From assembly GCF_009914755.1 (NCBI RefSeq), contig NC_060943.1: a stretch of 64,000 nt of DNA. One strand, written 5' to 3'. This document shows, one piece after another, positions 56,459 to 64,000 of the stretch. This DNA comes from the human T2T-CHM13v2.0 reference genome, Homo sapiens. Under the pieces are notes generated by a model. It did not search any database. It was given only the letters and a program-made list of their open reading frames with translations, and was not told where the DNA came from. The first letter of the stretch is position 1; each line of letters begins with the position of its first letter. The translations under genes were made by a program, and so were the position numbers.

Positions 56459-58770
56459 ACACACAGGCACACACAGACACGCACAGATACACACAGATAC
56501 ACACCACACACAGACACACAGATACACACCTCACACACACATCACACACACACACAGATACACACCACATGCACACACCACACACAGACACACAGATACA
56601 CACCTCACACACACACCACACACACACATAGATACACACCACACGCACACACCACACACAGACACACAGATACACACCTCACACACACATCTCACACACA
56701 CACAGATACACACCACATGCACACACCACACACAGACACACAGATACACACCTCACACATACACCACACACACACATAGATACACACCACACGCACACAC
56801 CACACACAGAGACACAGATACACACCTCACACATATATCACACAGACACACAGATGCACAACACACACACCAAACACCACACAAACCACACAAATACACA
56901 CCACACACACACCAGACATAGACACACAGATATGTACCTCACACACATATCACACAGACACACAGATACATAACACACACCACACACACACAGATACACA
57001 CCACATACATACCACACACAGACACACAACACACACAGACATAGACACACACAGACATAGACACACACACCACACACACAGAGGCACACACAGACATGCA
57101 TAGACAGATACACACCACACACAGACACACAGATACACACCTCACACACACACCACACACATACACAGATAGATACACACCACACACAGACACACAGATA
57201 CACACTTCACACACATATCACACAGACACACAGATGCACAACACACACACCAAACATCACACACACCACACACACACACATACACGCCACATACATACCA
57301 CACATGCACAATACACACAGACATAGACACACACACCACACACACAGAGGCACACACAGACACGCATAGACAGATACACACAGATACACACCACACACGG
57401 ATACACAGATACACACCTCACATACGCACCACACACATACACAGATACACACCACACACACACACCACACACAGACACACAGATACACACCTCACACACA
57501 TATCACACAGACACACAGATACACAACACACACACCATGCACCACACACACACAGATACACACCACATACATACCACACACAGACACACACACAACACAC
57601 ACAGATATGGACACACACACCACACACACAGAGGCACACACAGACATGCATAGACAGATACACACCACACACAGACACACACCTCACACCCACACCACAC
57701 ACAGACACACAGATACACACACCACACACACACACCACACAGACACACAGATACACACCTCACACACAGACACACAGATACACACCACATACATACCACA
57801 CACAGACACACACACCACACACGACACACACAGATACACACCACACACAGACACACACACAGACATAGACACACACAGACATAGACACATACCACACACA
57901 CACAGAGGCACACACAGACACATGTAGATACAGACACACACCACACGCAGACACACAGATATACAGCACACACGTATCACACACACAGATACACACACAC
58001 ACAGATATACACCACACACACACCATACACAGACATATGTGGACAAATACAGACACACACACACACCACACACCACACACAGACACATGTAGACAGATAC
58101 ACACAGACACAGATGAACACACCACACACATACAGAGGCACACACAGACTCATTTAGACAGATACACATAGACACACATGCATACATCACACACCACACA
58201 CACAGATACACAGATACACACCACATACATACCATACACAGACACAGACACACATGCATACATCACACACCACACACACAGATACACAGATACACACCAC
58301 ATACATACCATACACAGACGCAGACACACACACCACACACACAGACACAGATACACACACCACACATACCACACACAGAGGCACACACAGACAGATGTAG
58401 ACAGATACACATAGACATAGACACACACAGACACACAGATACACATCAGACACACACACAGCATACAGACACCAAACACACAAACACACCACACATACAC
58501 ACAACACACACATATAAACACACACTACACTCATAGACACACACCTCACACAGACACCACACAGACACAGATAGACACAGGCCACACACAGAGACTGATA
58601 CACACCACACACCCACACCCCACACACAGACACCACACTCACACCACACACACAGATACAGACACACACACCACACTCACAGACAGAGATAAACACACAC
58701 ACCACACTCAATAGACACACCAAGCAAACACACACCACACACACAGACACACACAGGCAGACACACACGC
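56459..58770. repeat. 2.3-kb CA-rich complex tandem repeat
   Basis: cacacagatacacacc units with higher-order structure. Confidence 0.95.
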
Positions 58771-59894
58771 CACCCTGACCCTGTCCACCTATACTCACGG
58801 ACCATGCCTCCTCGTTGGCTGCACAAACCCGCATAGACTCGCAGTCAGCCACCCTGCAAGGGTCCTCAGCCATGCGTCCCCTCCCCCACCCCTCAGCCCC
58901 GTCAGCCCCCGCTGGCCAAGGCTGGAGCTCCAGGCAGGCTTCCTGGGCTGGGTGCCCCTCCCTTTGCCCTAGGAGATGTGCAGGGCAAACGAGCACTTCC
59001 AGGGGATTCCCGGGGGGCAGGGCTGCGGTGGCTTCATGGACGGGGAGCTGGATGCCGGCCCCCTGAAGCCTCCAGCATGGGGCTTGTCACCTCCTTGGGG
59101 CTGCCCTGAGGAACCTCCTGCCCCCTCTAGAGCCAAGTCCCCCTCTGCACCCTCTGGGGTCTGGGTGGGCACGAAGGGGGCCCTCGTCTTTGACTCTCCA
59201 TATTCCCCTCACGCTGGCCTAGGGTGGCCTGCGGGCCCCACCTCACTGACGTCCTGGATTGGAATGAGGGAGTTCAGATGAAGGGGCCCCCACACCGTGT
59301 GGGGCCTGGCCCATCGGGGCTGCCCTGGCCTGGGCCAAGACCCACCATCTGCTCCAGGCCATGGAGACGCCTTCCCCAGGCTCTTCGTCCAGGCCAGACC
59401 CAGTTCTCTGACTCTGAGCTGGTCAGGGCAGAAGCCCCATCTTGGCCATCAGGGCGCCGGGGACCTCTGACCTGCTGCCTCCGTGTGACATTCCACCACT
59501 CCAGCTGGATTCTTCCTCTGCAAAGTGCCCAAGGCGCCATGAAGACGTGAAGATATGAATACTCCTGGGCTACTTGTGATGGGATTGGAGGGGGTGGGGC
59601 ACGGTCCTGGAAGGAGCCGCTTCTCCCTAGTCCGGTGGGGCTCTTCCCTGAGGCTGCAGAGATTAGGCAGTGGGGTTCTGAAGCCCCAGTGCTGTCCTCC
59701 CTCCCGGGAGGTGGCCCAGAACGGCAGGAACAGGCTTGCAAATGCGCAGGTGCTGGGCTCCATCTCCTGAGGCATTTTTAGGGTGGATGCCCTGCCCTCC
59801 TGGGCAGAGCAGGGCAGTCGCTGCCTAGGGGCGTCCCTGCTCACCAAGGTCACCACTGTCATTCACCATCACTCTTTTTTAATTATTATTATTA

Positions 59895-60494
<600 letters not shown>

Positions 60495-63144
60495 TGACTG
60501 GGCATCACTGCCCATTCAGACTCACAACTGCCAGTGCCAATCATTGCCTACTGGGCTTTACTGGCAGAAGAAGGTTGACATTGGCAGTGGTAGTGGCCAC
60601 TAGGTCTTTAGAGTAATGACCTGGATAAAGACAGCAAAGGCGCCCAGATTCCTGAGAGGCTTCCCCTGCCCAGCACAGGGTCTAGGGGAGGATGCAGCCT
60701 TGGCAGGTATTGAGGGTGAGGGCACAGTGCCCATAGTTGGTTCCTTTTGAACCCTGGCCCTCCTTCTGGTCAGCTGCAGGCCACAGTCCCCAACCCTTGG
60801 CTCTGATCCTTCTAGAGGACAGTGGGCTGGGCTGTCTGGGCAGGAGTCACACTCATGGCCAGGATGGGTTGAAAATGGGAAGTGGCCCCCAGTGCCTGGT
60901 GGGTGCCAGCCATTCTTCTTGGCTGTGGGGGCGGCTGCCTCTGGGAAGGGCCTTAGTCACCCAGCAGCGGCTTCCGGGAACCCGGTGCCCAGTCTCTGGG
61001 AAACATCACAGGTTTTTCCAGCGGGACCCCCCCACCCTGCCCTGGGGTGGACCCCAAGGACCACGGTGCAGACACCTGCTGGGAACGGGCCAGGCTGGCT
61101 CTCCAGGGTCCCTGCTGCCCCCAGGCTGACTGCCAAGCTACCCACCGCCTCTGCCTACCCTTCGTGTGGGGCACAGAGCTTTGACCTGCACTTGCCTGGC
61201 TCCAGAGCCCTTCTTGGCTCCCAAGAACCCAGGATAAGGCCTGACACTCGGGGTTTTTGCCACCTCCATGCTGCCGACTTCTGTCACCACCCCCCTCCGT
61301 TCCTGGCCCCTGCCTCAGCCAAGCGGTCCTGGATATTCCTCCCTCTGTCCTACCCCCGAGACATCAACAGAGTCAGCCCCACCCACCCCTCCCTAGCCTG
61401 CAGGTCCCATGGCTGTCCTGTCTCTCTAGGGTGCCCCAAACATCTGGGTGAGGGGCGGCCATCCCACCAGCGCATAGCACACTCCCTGGAAGACTGGAAG
61501 ATTGTAGATCTCCTGTCTAGTCCTGTTCATCCACTGAGAACTGGGGGCTCACTGAAGCCCAGGCTGGCAGGAGTCCCTCCCCGCAGCTCTGAAGCCCGCC
61601 ATCCCTCTTCAGGCACTCCCTGGCCGCTGCGCCTCCCTGTGGGGTGGGTAGGGGGCTGGCCCTGGAGGCCGATGACCTGACTTTGATTCCCAGCTCGTCT
61701 GGTCCCAGCAGCCCTGAGAGCCCGCCTGTGTCCCCCTTTCATTGTCTGCACCTAATGGGGATCGTGTTTGTGCACACACCATACAGCAGTGACATCGGTT
61801 CGTATGCAAGGGGCCTGGAACAGTGTTGGGTAGATAGCAGGTGCTCCGTCTGTGCTAGCTACTGTCATGGCTACTATTGCAGTCTAGCCCAATGCTATCT
61901 TTGTGTTCTCACTCCTCCCTGGCCAGCAGCGGTGGCTGGGAGAGGGGTCCAGGAGAGCCAGCTTCCCCATGTGGGAAGAGGAATCAGGCCGGGGCTGGGC
62001 ACCCTCCGTGAGAGGCACTTCTAGCCAAGGGTGCCATGCAGCCTGTGGCCCTGTCCCCTCTCCCCACGCGGCCTTCTCACCTGGATACATCTACAGCCAG
62101 AAGCACGTGTGTCTGACTCCAGAGCCCCACTCTCCCTTGCACAAGGTCTCCACCTCTGTTCCCTGACCTCGGCCCCCACGAGAACCCTGCAGACCCCCAC
62201 TGTGGAGGATCTGCGCAGCGAGCCTGGTAAAGGGAGACTCAGGAGCCCAAGCTCCCACAGGCAGCGGGGTGGGGGCCGTGGGGAGCAGCAGGAGCCGTTG
62301 GTGTGAGGGAGTGGCCAGGCCCCAAAACAGTTAGTCTGTGCTGGTAGAGAGAGGCTGGGCTCAGGGTTGGGCCGAGCCAAATTCTGCAGGTCACGTGCAG
62401 CTCAGCCCAGCCCCTTCTTCTGCAGTCGCAATGCTGAAGACAGGGCACCAAGGCTCAGCCCAGTCAGTACCCACAGTCCTTGGTGTGAGGACAAGGCCAG
62501 ACCAGGGCCTGGAGTCCTCCCCATTCCTAGCTTGGGGCTGTGGCTCCCAGCTCCCCAGCACAGGGGACTCCTTCTCTAACCCCATAAGGGGATGTAGATA
62601 GCAGCCCCTTTATGCTGACTGCTCACACCTCCCCAGACACCGCAGGATGCAGCCACCACGCCAAACAGGTGTTGAGTGCTCCATTTCACAGATGGGGAAA
62701 CTGAGGCCCTAAGAGGGAAAGGGCAGAGGCATGGGGGCCAGGCTCTGGGTTTCCATCCCTGTCATTGCCCCCAGACTCTGCTGAATGTCCCCACCCTCAA
62801 ACACAGCTTGCTGGGCTGGAGAAGACCTTGACTGCCCGAGGTCGCAGGTCTGTCCACTGCAGCCCCAGCCCTCAGCCCTGCTGGGGCAACTGCTAGAAGC
62901 CAGCACGTCCTGAAAGCGTGAGTTCGTTATTCCAGCTCATCTTCCCAGGACCTCTGCAAGGCAAGCCTGTGTTGCAGAAGAGGAAGGCAAGGCCCAGGGA
63001 GAAGAGGTGACCTGCCCAGGGTCCATGGCCAGGAACGAGTGGTATTGAGACTTGAACTTGGGTCTATCTGAGCCCAGGATCAAAGTGTGAGGAGAGTGAG
63101 GCCCAGCCATCCAAGGTCTGGTGCAGGGAGAAGCGGGAAAATGA

Positions 63145-63537
<393 letters not shown>

Positions 63538-64000
63538 AGTTTAGCTTTTAATAAAGGCCACAAGAGACATAAATCAGCGTGATGAGTGAGTGAGTGACTG
63601 TAAGGGTGAAGACTGTAGGTAAGGAGGTCAGGAAAAGGATCCCTGGTGGGGGTGGGGTGGGGTGATACTTCAGCGAAGATGTAAAGGACAAGAAGGAGCT
63701 GACCAAGAGTCTAGAAGGGGAAGAGTGTACCAGGCAGAGGGAGCCACCAGTGCCAAGGCCCTGTGGCGGGAATGGGTTTGGTGTATTTCAGGAACAGACA
63801 GGGACCAGATGATGTGGTTCTCAGATGCAGCCACCCCCACCATGCAGATGACCTGAATTTTGCCCCGGATCTGAGTGGGGTTGGGTTCTGTCTAGCTCCG
63901 GTCAACGGAGGATGCCCTGGATCTTGAAGTGTGTGGAGGGTTCCTGCTGCCACGGACCAATAGATGGAGGCCTGTGACTTTTCCTGGGAGGACGGGCCGG

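Noticed and set aside
56307-58996. His/Thr-rich and Cys/Val-rich ORFs (also at 9239-10278, 39631-40787, 53059-53464)
   Set aside because: Translations of CA/TG low-complexity repeats, not metallothionein-like genes

Overview
This is human (primate) GC-rich genomic DNA that I recognise as the LRP3-SLC7A10 locus (19q13.11, the neighbourhood of CEBPA; the location is from memory). I reconstructed two complete, convergent protein-coding genes by hand, all introns GT-AG. LRP3 is on the + strand: 7 coding exons, 1423-14213, 2313 nt, 770 aa. SLC7A10/Asc-1 is on the - strand: 11 coding exons, 32451-15533, 1572 nt, 523 aa. Their predicted 3' ends overlap by about 200 nt. The rest is CpG islands, about 30 Alus, L1/L2/LTR/DNA-transposon relics and large CA/TG low-complexity tracts. 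The distal ~30 kb has no convincing coding gene. I see no demonstrably new biological system. The best leads are hypotheses: (i) spliced alternative-frame ORFs from upstream ATGs in both genes (300 aa in SLC7A10, 154 aa in LRP3); (ii) inverted Alus around SLC7A10 exon 2, whose skipping would fuse the upstream ORF in frame to the transporter; (iii) dual-use sequence in the tail-to-tail overlap; (iv) a Pro-Glu-like hexamer repeat in the LRP3 leader; (v) co-oriented CTCF-like motifs; (vi) a four-layer nested transposon stack. Repeat boundaries and subfamily names are by-eye estimates.
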